Below the pieces are notes generated by a model. That model did no database searches. It saw only the letters and a list, made by a program, of their open reading frames with translations, and was not told the DNA's origin. The position numbers and the translations under genes are program-made. A DNA stretch of 62,974 nucleotides, the filler included, from Deltaproteobacteria bacterium (lineage in GTDB: Bacteria; JAGRBM01; JAHCIT01): the NCBI GenBank assembly GCA_026129095.1. It is 5 parts of 5 records of this genome, joined end to end, with 100 filler letters (N's around TTAATTAATTAA, not from the genome) between each part and the next. Parts side by side here need not be neighbours in the genome. Positions count along the whole stretch, not along the records: positions 1 to 18,147 come from JAHCIT010000019.1; 4 more parts are not named here. One strand, given 5' to 3'. Positions 1-10,119 of the stretch are shown piece by piece. How positions within the stretch are numbered: the first letter of the stretch is position 1; each line of letters begins with the position of its first letter.

Positions 1-130
1 GGTCGCGGGGTGAGGCTTCACCCCCTTTATCCCCCTCTCCGGGAACCGGAGAGGGGGAGGTTTCTGGCCCCCTCTCTGCGTCTGCGGAGAGGGGGAGCCC
101 GGAGGGCGGGGGTGTGGTTTCTTCCGGGGA
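1..130. repeat. REP-like palindrome cluster (partial, at window edge)
   Basis: GGGGTGAGGC end motif, CCCCCTCTCCGG-GAA-CCGGAGAGGGGG hairpin and a second CCCCCTCTC...GAGAGGGGG hairpin. Same family as 9820-10076 and 16621-16939. Confidence 0.85.
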
Positions 131-228
131 ACCGGCACGGCCCGCGGCCGAAACCCCGCCGCCCCGCGAGAGCCCGGCGGTCCAGCGGCTCCGGGCCCGG
201 ATGAGGCAGCGCGGGAGGAGGTGAGGCT

Positions 229-642
229 TTATCCCACTTCCAGAAACCGGCGCAGGCGGCGGGCGACCGATTCCGGCCGCCTTTCGATCTGGCACTCCCA
301 GACGGTCAGGGTCCGCCAGCCGAGCCGGTTCAGACGGCGGCGGTTCAGACGGTCACGGCTGACATTCCGCTCCAGCTTGGGTTTCCAGTACGATCTTCTC
401 GACCGGGGAATCCGGCCGTCCGGGCAGTTCCCGTGGAGATGCCAGAAGCAGCCGTGGACGAAAACCGCCTTCTTCCGGGTCCGGAACACGAGGTCGGGCT
501 TTCCGGGCAGATCCCGGCCGTGAAGACTGCACTGGAAGCCCAGCGATGACACGATTTTCCGGGCTGCCAGTTCCGGCGATGTGTGCCGGGACCGGATGCG
601 CCGCATGTTTTCCGAGCGGCGGAGGGGAGAGAGGGAGTCCAT
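229..642 (-). CDS. vsr: Very short patch repair endonuclease
   Basis: RSENMRRIRSRHTSPE, LPGKPDLVF, FVHGCFWH and WECQ motifs; lies downstream of a C5 methyltransferase. Confidence 0.95.
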   Translation of the reverse strand: MDSLSPLRRSENMRRIRSRHTSPELAARKIVSSLGFQCSLHGRDLPGKPDLVFRTRKKAVFVHGCFWHLHGNCPDGRIPRSRRSYWKPKLERNVSRDRLNRRRLNRLGWRTLTVWECQIERRPESVARRLRRFLEVG

Positions 643-1242
643 TCACCCGCTCGTCCCGGCAGGGAACTTCCTTTTCAGCCAGTCCAGAACCGCGATCTGG
701 TCCGCGATGGTGGCACGGCGGACCTGAATAAGCAGCTTGCGCGCCGAAGGGCGGTCGAGCGTCAGGTTCTTCGCTCCTTCGTTGCAGACGGAACAGACCG
801 CCCGCAGGTTTGAAAGCTCGTCGGCACCACCCATGCTTTTGTCGATGATATGGCCGATGTGAAGCCGGGTTTTCCGGCCGCTGTCGTAGGGGTGCGGCTC
901 ACCGGCCACCGCGCCGCACTGCTGGCAGGTAAACCCGTTCCGGTCCAGCACCAGCGACCGGGTTTCCTTACTGATCGAACGGGCAAAGGCCGGTACCGGC
1001 TTGGGGTCTTCCAGAAGGTATTCGCCCGGCTTCAGGCCCGACCGGTCCTTGTTCGTCAGGATGCGGTAGCCTTCCTCGTCGCGGAGTTCGCGAACCCGCC
1101 GTGCCCATTCCGTAATACCGCCTGCTGCCTCACGCAGCTCGTAGGAATCCAGAACCCGGCCGATATTGGCCAGAAAGTAATCCCGTAACTTCGCACGGGC
1201 CCCATCCCCGCGCTTTTTTATCCCGCTGCCGCGCTTCGCCAC
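643..1242 (-). CDS. HNH restriction endonuclease with N-terminal wHTH-like region
   Basis: CQQC...LHIGHIIDKSMGG...NLRAVCSVCN zinc/HNH motif. Start moved to GTG 1242, overlapping the MTase end. Confidence 0.8.
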   Translation of the reverse strand: MAKRGSGIKKRGDGARAKLRDYFLANIGRVLDSYELREAAGGITEWARRVRELRDEEGYRILTNKDRSGLKPGEYLLEDPKPVPAFARSISKETRSLVLDRNGFTCQQCGAVAGEPHPYDSGRKTRLHIGHIIDKSMGGADELSNLRAVCSVCNEGAKNLTLDRPSARKLLIQVRRATIADQIAVLDWLKRKFPAGTSG

Positions 1243-2210
1243 TTCTCGCCCCTCAGTGAGTTCACGATCGATTGCCCCACGGCCCGTGCAACCGGAGGGG
1301 GAAATGCATTGCCAACCTGCCGGTAGGCGGCGGTCTTCCGGCCGGCGAATTTCCACTCATCCGGAAACCCCTGTATGCGGGCAACCATCGGAACGGTCAG
1401 CTTGGGAAGCTGCCGGGCCGGGAAACCGGCACCGGGCGGCTCGTCGCCGATTCCCAGACCGTCCACGCCCAGTTCGGCCCACTGGCGGCGGGCGCGAGTG
1501 GGCCCCAGGTCAGGCCCGCCGTGCTTCCGCGAGCCGCCCACGACCGTCGGCGCAATGCCGTTCGCCTTCTTCAGCCACCAGCTTCCGCCCTTCCAGCCCC
1601 GCGAGAGCATCAGGCTTCCGATGGTTTCCGAGACCGTCGGCGTCCGTACAGACGCCTCCGGCCACTCGAACAGCGGCGAATGTTTCTGCTTGATGGCGAC
1701 AAGGATAAACCGCGGCCGGAGCTGGGGGACTCCATAGTCCGATGCATTCAGGACCCGCCAGTCCGCCCAGTATCCCCAGCGGTTCAGCTTCTGGATGATC
1801 CGTTTCCGGTAGTCATCGAACTTTTCCGAGGCAAAACCGCGCACGTTCTCCAGCATCACGGCAGCCGGGTCCATCTCCATCACCAGCCGCAGGGCCTCGG
1901 GGAAAAGATCACGCTCGTCCTCCGGTCCGAGCTGCTTGCCGGCGATGGAAAATGGCGGACAGGGGACCCCGCCCGCCAGAAGGTCAATTCCCCGCCAGGC
2001 GGTCCCGTCAACCTCGCGGATGTCTGTGTTGAGCACTTTCCAGCCGGGGCGGTTGCTGCGAAGGGTTTCGCAGGCGATCTCCTCGATCTCCACGGCCCCT
2101 TCCATGCTGAAACCCGCCTGTTCGAGGCCCAAAGCCTGCCCGCCGCCGCCCGCGCAGATCTCGAAGACACTGAGCGGGGAGGAGGACCTGGATTTCCTGC
2201 GGGTTAGCAC
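1218..2210 (-). CDS. dcm: DNA (cytosine-5)-methyltransferase, M.NgoMIV/M.NaeI-like (probably GCCGGC)
   Basis: ICAGGGG, GGVPCPPFS, ENV, QLRPR and YRQVGNA motifs. TRD APTVVGGSRKHGGPDLGPTR resembles M.NgoMIV as I recall it. Confidence 0.95.
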   Translation of the reverse strand: MLTRRKSRSSSPLSVFEICAGGGGQALGLEQAGFSMEGAVEIEEIACETLRSNRPGWKVLNTDIREVDGTAWRGIDLLAGGVPCPPFSIAGKQLGPEDERDLFPEALRLVMEMDPAAVMLENVRGFASEKFDDYRKRIIQKLNRWGYWADWRVLNASDYGVPQLRPRFILVAIKQKHSPLFEWPEASVRTPTVSETIGSLMLSRGWKGGSWWLKKANGIAPTVVGGSRKHGGPDLGPTRARRQWAELGVDGLGIGDEPPGAGFPARQLPKLTVPMVARIQGFPDEWKFAGRKTAAYRQVGNAFPPPVARAVGQSIVNSLRGEKWRSAAAG

Positions 2211-2269
2211 GGACGCAATTTACTCCTGAAGCCCAGGGTCTTCAACTGCCCCCGCCCTAACCCCTCACC

Positions 2270-3598
<1,329 letters not shown>

Positions 3599-4621
3599 TT
3601 ACCGCTTCCCTTTCTTCGCTGCGGCTTTCGCGGCCGGGCCTTTCGGGACCGCCCCCAGCGCGGCGGCCTCCGAATCGAGCGCGAACCCCACGGCCGGGGC
3701 CTCGCGCCCGTAGTTCCCGCAGAGCCGGTCGTAGCGGCCGCCCTTCAGGACGGCCTCCGCGGCGCCGGGGAGATACCCCCGGAACAAAATGCCGGTGTAG
3801 TATTCGAATCCGTCGGCGAGGCCGAGGTCGTACGACCGCCGCACGCGCCGTTTTTCGAGCGCCCGGTCCAGCGCGGCAAGTCCGGTAAGCTCGCGTCCCA
3901 CGATGCCGCCCCACCCCTTCGCGGCGCGGCTTGCCTCGGCGAAGGTTCCCCAGGTGCGGGTGAGCACGGCGAGCCTGAGGCGCGGGGCCGAACCTTTCGC
4001 CCAGCGTTCGATCTCGAACGCCTCCTTGCGGACGATCCAGCCGATCACCTCGTCCCGTTCCCTTTCGGGGATGCGGGCCGCGTCAACGAGTTTCGCCACG
4101 ATTCCGGCGTGGCCGATGTCTATGACGGCGTCCGGGCGGGCTGCTTTCAGGGTTTCCCAGGCGAGCGCGACGATCTCGGCGTCGGCCTCTCCGGCCTTCG
4201 CGCCGGTTTTCGTCCCGATCAGCTCGGCCCCGACCTGGTGGATCTCCCGCGCCCCGGAAAGCCCCCCTGCCCCCTCGCGCCGGAGCACCGCCCCCCGGTA
4301 GGAGACGCGCACGGGGAGATCACGGCCGAGCACACCGGAGGCAAACAGGCGCGCCACCTGCGGGGTGAAGTCCGGCCGGAAGGCGAGGGTTTCCCCCGTC
4401 ACCGGGTCAATGAGCCGGAAGGTGTTGCCGAGCGACCGCTCGCCGAGGCCGGGCCGGAGCACCTCGAAGTTCTCCACCGACGCCGTGATGACGCGCCGGT
4501 AGCCCTTCCGGGCGAACAGCGCGTCGAGCCGCCGCCAGTAACGCTGGAGGCGCGCCGTCGTTTCCGGGCCGTGGTCGCGGAAACCCGCCGGAAGGCGTGT
4601 GCGGTGGAGCGTGTTCTGCAC
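3599..4621 (-). CDS. hisZ: ATP phosphoribosyltransferase regulatory subunit
   Basis: HisRS-like motifs RPDFTPQVAR, REIHQVGAELIG, YYTG and GGRYDRL, with no anticodon domain; directly upstream of purA. Confidence 0.9.
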   Translation of the reverse strand: MQNTLHRTRLPAGFRDHGPETTARLQRYWRRLDALFARKGYRRVITASVENFEVLRPGLGERSLGNTFRLIDPVTGETLAFRPDFTPQVARLFASGVLGRDLPVRVSYRGAVLRREGAGGLSGAREIHQVGAELIGTKTGAKAGEADAEIVALAWETLKAARPDAVIDIGHAGIVAKLVDAARIPERERDEVIGWIVRKEAFEIERWAKGSAPRLRLAVLTRTWGTFAEASRAAKGWGGIVGRELTGLAALDRALEKRRVRRSYDLGLADGFEYYTGILFRGYLPGAAEAVLKGGRYDRLCGNYGREAPAVGFALDSEAAALGAVPKGPAAKAAAKKGKR

Positions 4622-4641
4622 GTGTTACCCGGAACTCTGCC

Positions 4642-6237
4642 CTAGAACTTCACCTGGAAGACTGTCTCGATGTTGGGCAAACCGGCCATCTCTGTCAACG
4701 CCTCGCCCGGGGCGGCGGCGTCGATGGAGACGATCGAAATGGCCTTCCCGCCCGGCTGGTCGCGCCCCAGGGTGAGATTGGCCACGTTCACCTTGTACTT
4801 CTCCATCAAGCGGCCCACGTTGCCGATGACGCCGGGGCGGTCGAGGTTCGTGAAGACGAGCATCGCGCCCTCCGGCCGGGCCTCGACCGAGACATCGTTG
4901 ATCCTGACGATGCGCGGGTCGTCCTTGCCGAACAGCGCGCCTTCGAGGAGCTGCGGCGGGCGGTCCCGGTGCTGCGTGATGATGCGGATATAGGAGGCGT
5001 AGTCGGTGGCGGTGCTGGTTTTCGTCTCCGTCACCGGGATGCCGCGGGCTTTTACCATCACCGGCGCGTTCACGTAGTTCACCGACTCGTTGCCGAGGCC
5101 GTGCATGAGGCCCCGGAGGGCGGCCACCGTGAGCGGCTTGGTGTCGAGGTCCGCCACCGCGCCGCCGTACTCGATCTGGATCGCCTCGAACCCTTCGGGG
5201 TGGATCTGCGCGTGGAACGAGCCCATGCGCTCGGCGAGCCGGATATAGGGCCGCAGGACCGGCGCCAGCTCGGCGCTGATCGCCGGGCTGTTCACGGCCG
5301 CCATGACGACGCCCTTGACGAGATAGTCGGCGATCTGCTGCGCGATCTGGATGGAGACCTGGATCTGCGCCTCGGTGGTGGAGGCCCCCAGGTGCGGCGT
5401 GAAGATCACGTCCTCGCGGCGGAGCAGCGGGTGGTCGGGGGGCGGCGGCTCCTCGACGAACACGTCGAGGGCGGCCCCGGCCACCTTGCCCGACTCCAGC
5501 CCCTCGACGAGGGCGGCCTCGTCCACGATCCCGCCCCGCGCGCAGTTGATGATCCGGACGCCCTTTTTCATGAGTTCGATGGCGCGCTTCCCGACGACGC
5601 CGCGGGTCTGGTCGTTCAGCGGCGTGTGGACGGAGATGAAGTCGGCCCGGCGGAACACGTCGTCCAGCTCCACGATCTCGACGCCCATGCTGGCGGCGCG
5701 CTCAGGGGTGATGAACGGGTCGTAGGCGATCACCTTCATCTTGAGGCCGATGGCCCGGTCGGCGACGATGCCGCCGATGTTGCCGATGCCGACGAGCCCC
5801 AGCGTCTTGCCGGCGAGCTCGACGCCCTTGAACTTCTTTTTGTCCCACTTCCCGGCGCGCAGGCTCGCCGTCGCCTGCGGGATCATCCGCGCCATGCTCA
5901 TCATGAGCGAGACGGTGTGCTCGGCCGTGGTGGTGGAGTTCCCGCCCGGCGTGTTCATCACGACGATGCCGCGGCCGGTGGCCGCGTCGCAGTCGATGTT
6001 GTCCACGCCGATGCCGGCGCGCCCCACGACTTTGAGGCTTTTGCCCGCAGCGATGACTTCCTTCGTCACGCGGGACTCGCTGCGGACGACCAGCGCGTCG
6101 TAGCCGGGAATCTCCTCAATGAGTTCCTCCGGCTTCATCCCCGTGCGGACGGTGACGGCCAGTTCCTTCTGGCTTTTCAGTATCTGTAGCCCCTCGTCAG
6201 CGAGGGGGTCGGCGACCAGTACCTTGTAAATGCCCAA
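4642..6237 (-). CDS. serA: D-3-phosphoglycerate dehydrogenase
   Basis: GRAGIGVDNID, GIGNIG, NCARGG and TPHLGAST, plus ASB and ACT C-terminus. Start inferred at TTG 6237 after a GGAG RBS. Confidence 0.97.
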   Translation of the reverse strand: MGIYKVLVADPLADEGLQILKSQKELAVTVRTGMKPEELIEEIPGYDALVVRSESRVTKEVIAAGKSLKVVGRAGIGVDNIDCDAATGRGIVVMNTPGGNSTTTAEHTVSLMMSMARMIPQATASLRAGKWDKKKFKGVELAGKTLGLVGIGNIGGIVADRAIGLKMKVIAYDPFITPERAASMGVEIVELDDVFRRADFISVHTPLNDQTRGVVGKRAIELMKKGVRIINCARGGIVDEAALVEGLESGKVAGAALDVFVEEPPPPDHPLLRREDVIFTPHLGASTTEAQIQVSIQIAQQIADYLVKGVVMAAVNSPAISAELAPVLRPYIRLAERMGSFHAQIHPEGFEAIQIEYGGAVADLDTKPLTVAALRGLMHGLGNESVNYVNAPVMVKARGIPVTETKTSTATDYASYIRIITQHRDRPPQLLEGALFGKDDPRIVRINDVSVEARPEGAMLVFTNLDRPGVIGNVGRLMEKYKVNVANLTLGRDQPGGKAISIVSIDAAAPGEALTEMAGLPNIETVFQVKF

Positions 6238-6333
6238 GGGAAAACCTCTCCAGAAGCGCGAAACCGGACGGGTGGCAGGGCCCCAAACGGACCCGGCCGC
6301 CCCCACCGGCGAGAACCGTTTACAGCGGGCGGG

Positions 6334-6705
6334 CTAATTCCGCAAGAGCCGGGAGACGGCCGAAAGCAGTTCGGTCATGCCGTCGGTCTTGCACACGTAG
6401 GCGTCGGCCCCGGCGTCCAGGGCCCTCAGTTCCATCTCCTGCCGGGGCAGGGCCGAGAACATGACGATGCGGGGCCTGCCGCCGGGGTGGCGGCGGATGA
6501 TGCGGATCAGGTTCTCGCCCGTGAGGGCGGGCATCTGGTGGTCAATGACGACGAGGTCGGGGTCGAACTGGCGGATCCGCTGGGCCGTGCCGAGCACCTC
6601 GGCGGAGATCTGGACCTCGTAGGAGGCCATCTGGAGGGTGCGCTCCAGGAGCGTCAGCATCGCCGCGTCGTCGTCGATCACGAATATTTTCGGCTTTGCG
6701 GACAT
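6334..6705 (-). CDS. Single-domain response regulator (receiver)
   Basis: IFVIDDD...PDLVVIDHQMP...FSA...GADAYVCK receiver motifs; start ATG 6705. Confidence 0.9.
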   Translation of the reverse strand: MSAKPKIFVIDDDAAMLTLLERTLQMASYEVQISAEVLGTAQRIRQFDPDLVVIDHQMPALTGENLIRIIRRHPGGRPRIVMFSALPRQEMELRALDAGADAYVCKTDGMTELLSAVSRLLRN

Positions 6706-6757
6706 CCCGTTCGACCTCGTTCCCCCGGAACCGGACTCCACTCCCCCGCCCTGCGGG

Positions 6758-6832
6758 CACCCCCTCAACTCACATGAGGGGATGGAGGATAAGGAGCGGC
6801 CCCTGAACTCCCCCTCGCATGAGTGAGGGGGT
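6758..6832. repeat. Inverted pair of REP-like hairpins
   Basis: CACCCCCTCAACTCACATGAGGGG and CCCCTCGCATGAGTGAGGGGGTG are near reverse complements. Confidence 0.55.
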
Positions 6833-7083
6833 GGCTGCGGAAGCAGCCGGGGAAGTCGTGTTCCCTCAATCGGCGGGAAAAACCTACTTCGCCGGTGCGG
6901 GGGATTTCAAGGACGGGGAGGAGGGGGAGGGAGAGAAGAAAGGGATAAGCCGGATTGACGCTCCACACGCGCAAGAGCCAAAATGAGCGCAGGGGCTATT
7001 GACGGTTTTCCAAACCAACGCGGGCCGTTTCCGGCCGGTGCGCCAAGTGGCGTGCTGTTTGGGAAAGTGACGAGGGAGAGGGT

Positions 7084-7909
7084 GTGAGTAGCCTCAAGCC
7101 AGCCGAAGCCAAACTATTAGAAGACCTGTTTGGAATGGCTAGCGGGTACGTACTCGATTTTTCCAATGACACGTTTCGTACATTTTTTCGCCAAACAGTA
7201 AATATCGATATCTGGGCCGACAAATATCATTCTGGTAGTGGCTCCAAGGGAAAGCGTCTCCGCACATTCTGGGAGAAAGAATCGGACCCGATTGTAGGCA
7301 GGGCTCTTCACGAAATGCTCGCCTACTGGAAAGTATTGAACCCCGTATTCGAGAGTGAGGATATCGAAGCGAGATACAATCAGGCACAAGTAATTGCCAA
7401 CCGGCTGTTAGGAAAGCCCAACCTCTCGCCTGAGGAAGAATTCCTGAGACGTGATTTTGGGAACATATCTTTCAAACAGTTGCCCATTGAGGCTGATATG
7501 ATCGAACTACTTGAGCAGCGGTTGAAAGAAGCCACACGGACTCTTGACAGCAAAGCACCGCTCGCCACGATTTTTTTTGTGTGGCAGTATTCTCGAAGGC
7601 GTACTCCTTGGCTTCGCATCGCATGAACCGGCCAGGTTCAATTCCGCCGCGTGCAGACCAAAGGGTAAGGACGGGAAAGCTAAGCATTTTCAGGAGTGGA
7701 CATTGGCCCAATTCATCGATGTTGCATGTGAATTGGGTTTACTGAAGCTAGATGACCAAAAGTTCAGTCATGTATTGCGGGAGTTCCGAAACTACATCCA
7801 CCCCTATCAGCAGCGTGCGTCCAGATTTAACCCGGATATGCATACTGCCGAAATATGCATGCAGGTACTGAAGGCCGCAGTTGCCGGAATGGCAGGCGAA
7901 CGGAAATAG
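7084..7909 (+). pseudogene. AbiJ-like N-terminal domain plus HEPN-like C-terminal domain defence protein, frameshifted at a T8 run
   Basis: N-terminal GMASGYVLDFS...SKGKRLRTFW. C-terminal LCGSILEGVL...REFRNYIHP (RxxxxH). Removing one T at 7571-7578 joins ORFs 7084..7626 and 7544..7909 into 274 aa. Visibly lower GC than the flanks. Confidence 0.75.
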
Positions 7910-7913
7910 CCAT

Positions 7914-7965
7914 CCCCCTACTTCGCCGCCGGGGCCCCGGCGATGAGGAGGCGCTGGGCGGCGGC
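7914..7965. repeat. 52-bp direct repeat, a copy of the aminotransferase 3' end
   Basis: Matches 8553-8604 with one mismatch. Confidence 0.95.
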
Positions 7966-8035
7966 CATTATCTTGCCTTGCTCCCAATGGCGGACCATAA
8001 TTTGCCGTCGTTAGCAATGAGGACGGAGACGATAA

Positions 8036-8242
8036 ATGGCGACACCCCTGCCCCAGCAACCGGTTGACGCGAATTCGCTAGTAGGCACATTCCGGCGTTT
8101 CGGCGAATACGGCCCTGTTTATGAAATCCTCACCATGCGCAAGGAGGGACCCGTCACACTTGTCGATGTCGAGGTTCCGGAGACTGGTGCCAAGACCACT
8201 GTGCGCCTAGAGGACGTTCTTGCTGATCCCGAGGCCAGGTGA
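8036..8242 (+). CDS. DUF5397-like small protein, putative antitoxin of VapD
   Basis: GTFRRFGEYGPVYEIL motif; 68 aa; TGATG overlap with vapD. Confidence 0.7.
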   Translation: MATPLPQQPVDANSLVGTFRRFGEYGPVYEILTMRKEGPVTLVDVEVPETGAKTTVRLEDVLADPEAR

Positions 8243-8544
8243 TGTACGCCCTTGCGTTTGACCTGGAAATGGCAGAGTTGCGCCGGCACTGGCAGGGTCA
8301 CGTCTCCGGTGCGTATTTAGAGATAAAGAATGTACTCATCGATCACGGTTTCCAATGGGCACAAGGAAGCCTATATATACTTGATCAGGAGGATATGAGC
8401 GTCCTCTTTCGCGCCATCCAGGCGCTGATCGCATTGCCCTGGTTTCCGCCCAGCGTACGGGACATCCGTGCGTTCCGTGTTGAGCAGTGGTCGGACTTTA
8501 CAGCAACGGTAAAGGGTGCCTCTGCCCCGCCGAGATCTGGCTGA
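8242..8544 (+). CDS. vapD: VapD family nuclease toxin (Cas2-like fold)
   Basis: MYALAFDL...GFQWAQGSLY...WF..SVRDIRAFRVEQWSDFT signature. Confidence 0.9.
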   Translation: MYALAFDLEMAELRRHWQGHVSGAYLEIKNVLIDHGFQWAQGSLYILDQEDMSVLFRAIQALIALPWFPPSVRDIRAFRVEQWSDFTATVKGASAPPRSG

Positions 8545-8556
8545 ACGTATGACCCC

Positions 8557-9711
8557 CTACTTCGCCGCCGGGGCTCCGGCGATGAGGAGGCGCTGGGCGG
8601 CGGCGGGGCCCTTGCCGAGTTCGACCTTGTGGCCGAACTGCGTGAGGCCGGTTTCGAGGGCCGAGAGCGCGGTCAGCATGTCGAAGCCGTCCAGGAACCC
8701 CATGTGGGAGATCCGCACGACGCGGTCCTTGATGGCGTCCTGTCCGGCGGCCATGGCGACGCCGAGTTTGTCGCGCATGTATTTGACGAGCTTGCCGGCG
8801 GGGACGGCGTCGGGCAGCACGGCGGCCGTCACCGAGTCGGAGGGGCTTTTTGAGTAGATGGGCAGGCCCATCGCCTCGCACCCGGCGCGGGTGGCTTTTG
8901 CGAGAAGCGCCGTGGCGGCGAGCCGTTTTTCCATCCCCTCGGCCTCGAACGACTTGAGCACCTCGCGCAGGCCCACGATGAGGCTCACGGCGGGGGTCCA
9001 GGCGGAGGTGTCGTCCTTCAGGGCGGCCCGTTCCTTTTTGAAGTCCTCGTAGAAGCGCGGGAGCTTGGCCGTCTCGGTGAGCTTCCAGGCCTTTTCGGAC
9101 AGCGCCGCGAAGGCGAGCCCCGGCGGGAGCATAAACGCCTTCTGGCTGCCGGAGACGAGCACGTCCACGCCCCACTCGTCCATCGGCAGGGGGATCGCGC
9201 CGACGGCGGTGATGCCGTCCACGACGAGCGCGGTGCCGGGGAGGTTTTTCGTGAGCGCGGCGACCTCTTTTACCGGATGGGCGGTGGCGGTGGAGGTCTC
9301 GCTCGCGGTCATGTAGACGGCGCGGGTACTGGGGTTGGCGTCGAGGAGCTTTTTCACCTCGGCGGGATTGACCGGGTGGCCCCACTCGACCGGCAGTTCC
9401 AGCACGTTGAGGCCGTATTTCTGGGCGATCTTCGTCCACCGCTCGCCGAACTTGCCGCCGTTCACGGTGATGACGGTGTCGCCGGGGGAGCAGAGGTTGG
9501 AAACGGCGCCGGTCATGGCGAGCGAGCCGCTCCCGGCGAGGATGAGCACGTCCTGCTTCGTGCCGAAAACGGTCTTGAGCCCCGTGGCGCACTCCCGGAA
9601 GATCGCCGAGAACTGCGGCGTCCGGTGGTGCATCAGCGGGCGGGACATCTCGGTGAGCGCGCCCTCGTGGACGGCGACCGGACCGGGGGTGAGGAGGCGG
9701 TTCTTCAGCAT
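8557..9711 (-). CDS. Class V aminotransferase (alanine-glyoxylate/serine-pyruvate family, probable phosphoserine aminotransferase role)
   Basis: LLTPGP, ASETST, VDGIT, SGSQKAFMLPPG (PLP lysine) and RISHMG; upstream of serA. Confidence 0.92.
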   Translation of the reverse strand: MLKNRLLTPGPVAVHEGALTEMSRPLMHHRTPQFSAIFRECATGLKTVFGTKQDVLILAGSGSLAMTGAVSNLCSPGDTVITVNGGKFGERWTKIAQKYGLNVLELPVEWGHPVNPAEVKKLLDANPSTRAVYMTASETSTATAHPVKEVAALTKNLPGTALVVDGITAVGAIPLPMDEWGVDVLVSGSQKAFMLPPGLAFAALSEKAWKLTETAKLPRFYEDFKKERAALKDDTSAWTPAVSLIVGLREVLKSFEAEGMEKRLAATALLAKATRAGCEAMGLPIYSKSPSDSVTAAVLPDAVPAGKLVKYMRDKLGVAMAAGQDAIKDRVVRISHMGFLDGFDMLTALSALETGLTQFGHKVELGKGPAAAQRLLIAGAPAAK

Positions 9712-9819
9712 GGGGCAAAACTCCGCGAAAGGGATATTTCCGGGCGGACCGGCCGTTTTTCAGGCCGCTCCGCCGTGGGGGTGTATCGCTTAGTTTGGAC
9801 GGCGGAGGGTGTCAAAGGG

Positions 9820-10076
9820 GCCTCACCCCGCGCCTCAACGGCGTGGCCCTCTCCAGTTCCTGGAGAGGGCGGGGAAAGACGGGCGTACTGCCTCATCCTC
9901 CCCCTCTCCGGTTCCCGGAGAGGGGGCAAGGGGGTGAGGCCGCGGAGGAGAAACTGCCTCACCCCGCGCCTGAACGGCGCGGCCCTCTCCAGGAACTGGA
10001 GAGGGCGGGGAAAGACGGGCGTACTGTCTCATCCTCCCCCTCTCCGGTTCCCGGAGAGGAGGCAAGGGGGTGAGGC
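9820..10076. repeat. Two tandem 121-bp REP/MITE-like units (period 136 bp)
   Basis: Units 9820-9940 and 9956-10076 have GCCTCACCCC...GGGGTGAGGC termini and two internal perfect or near-perfect hairpins. Confidence 0.95.
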
Positions 10077-10119
10077 CGCGCGTGTGGTTCCCCCCGTTTC
10101 CGGGTAGACTGGAAAGATT

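Noticed and set aside
8242-8544. VapD as Cas2 of a CRISPR system
   Set aside because: It has the VapD-specific C-terminal motif and TA-like pairing, with no cas1 or array nearby.
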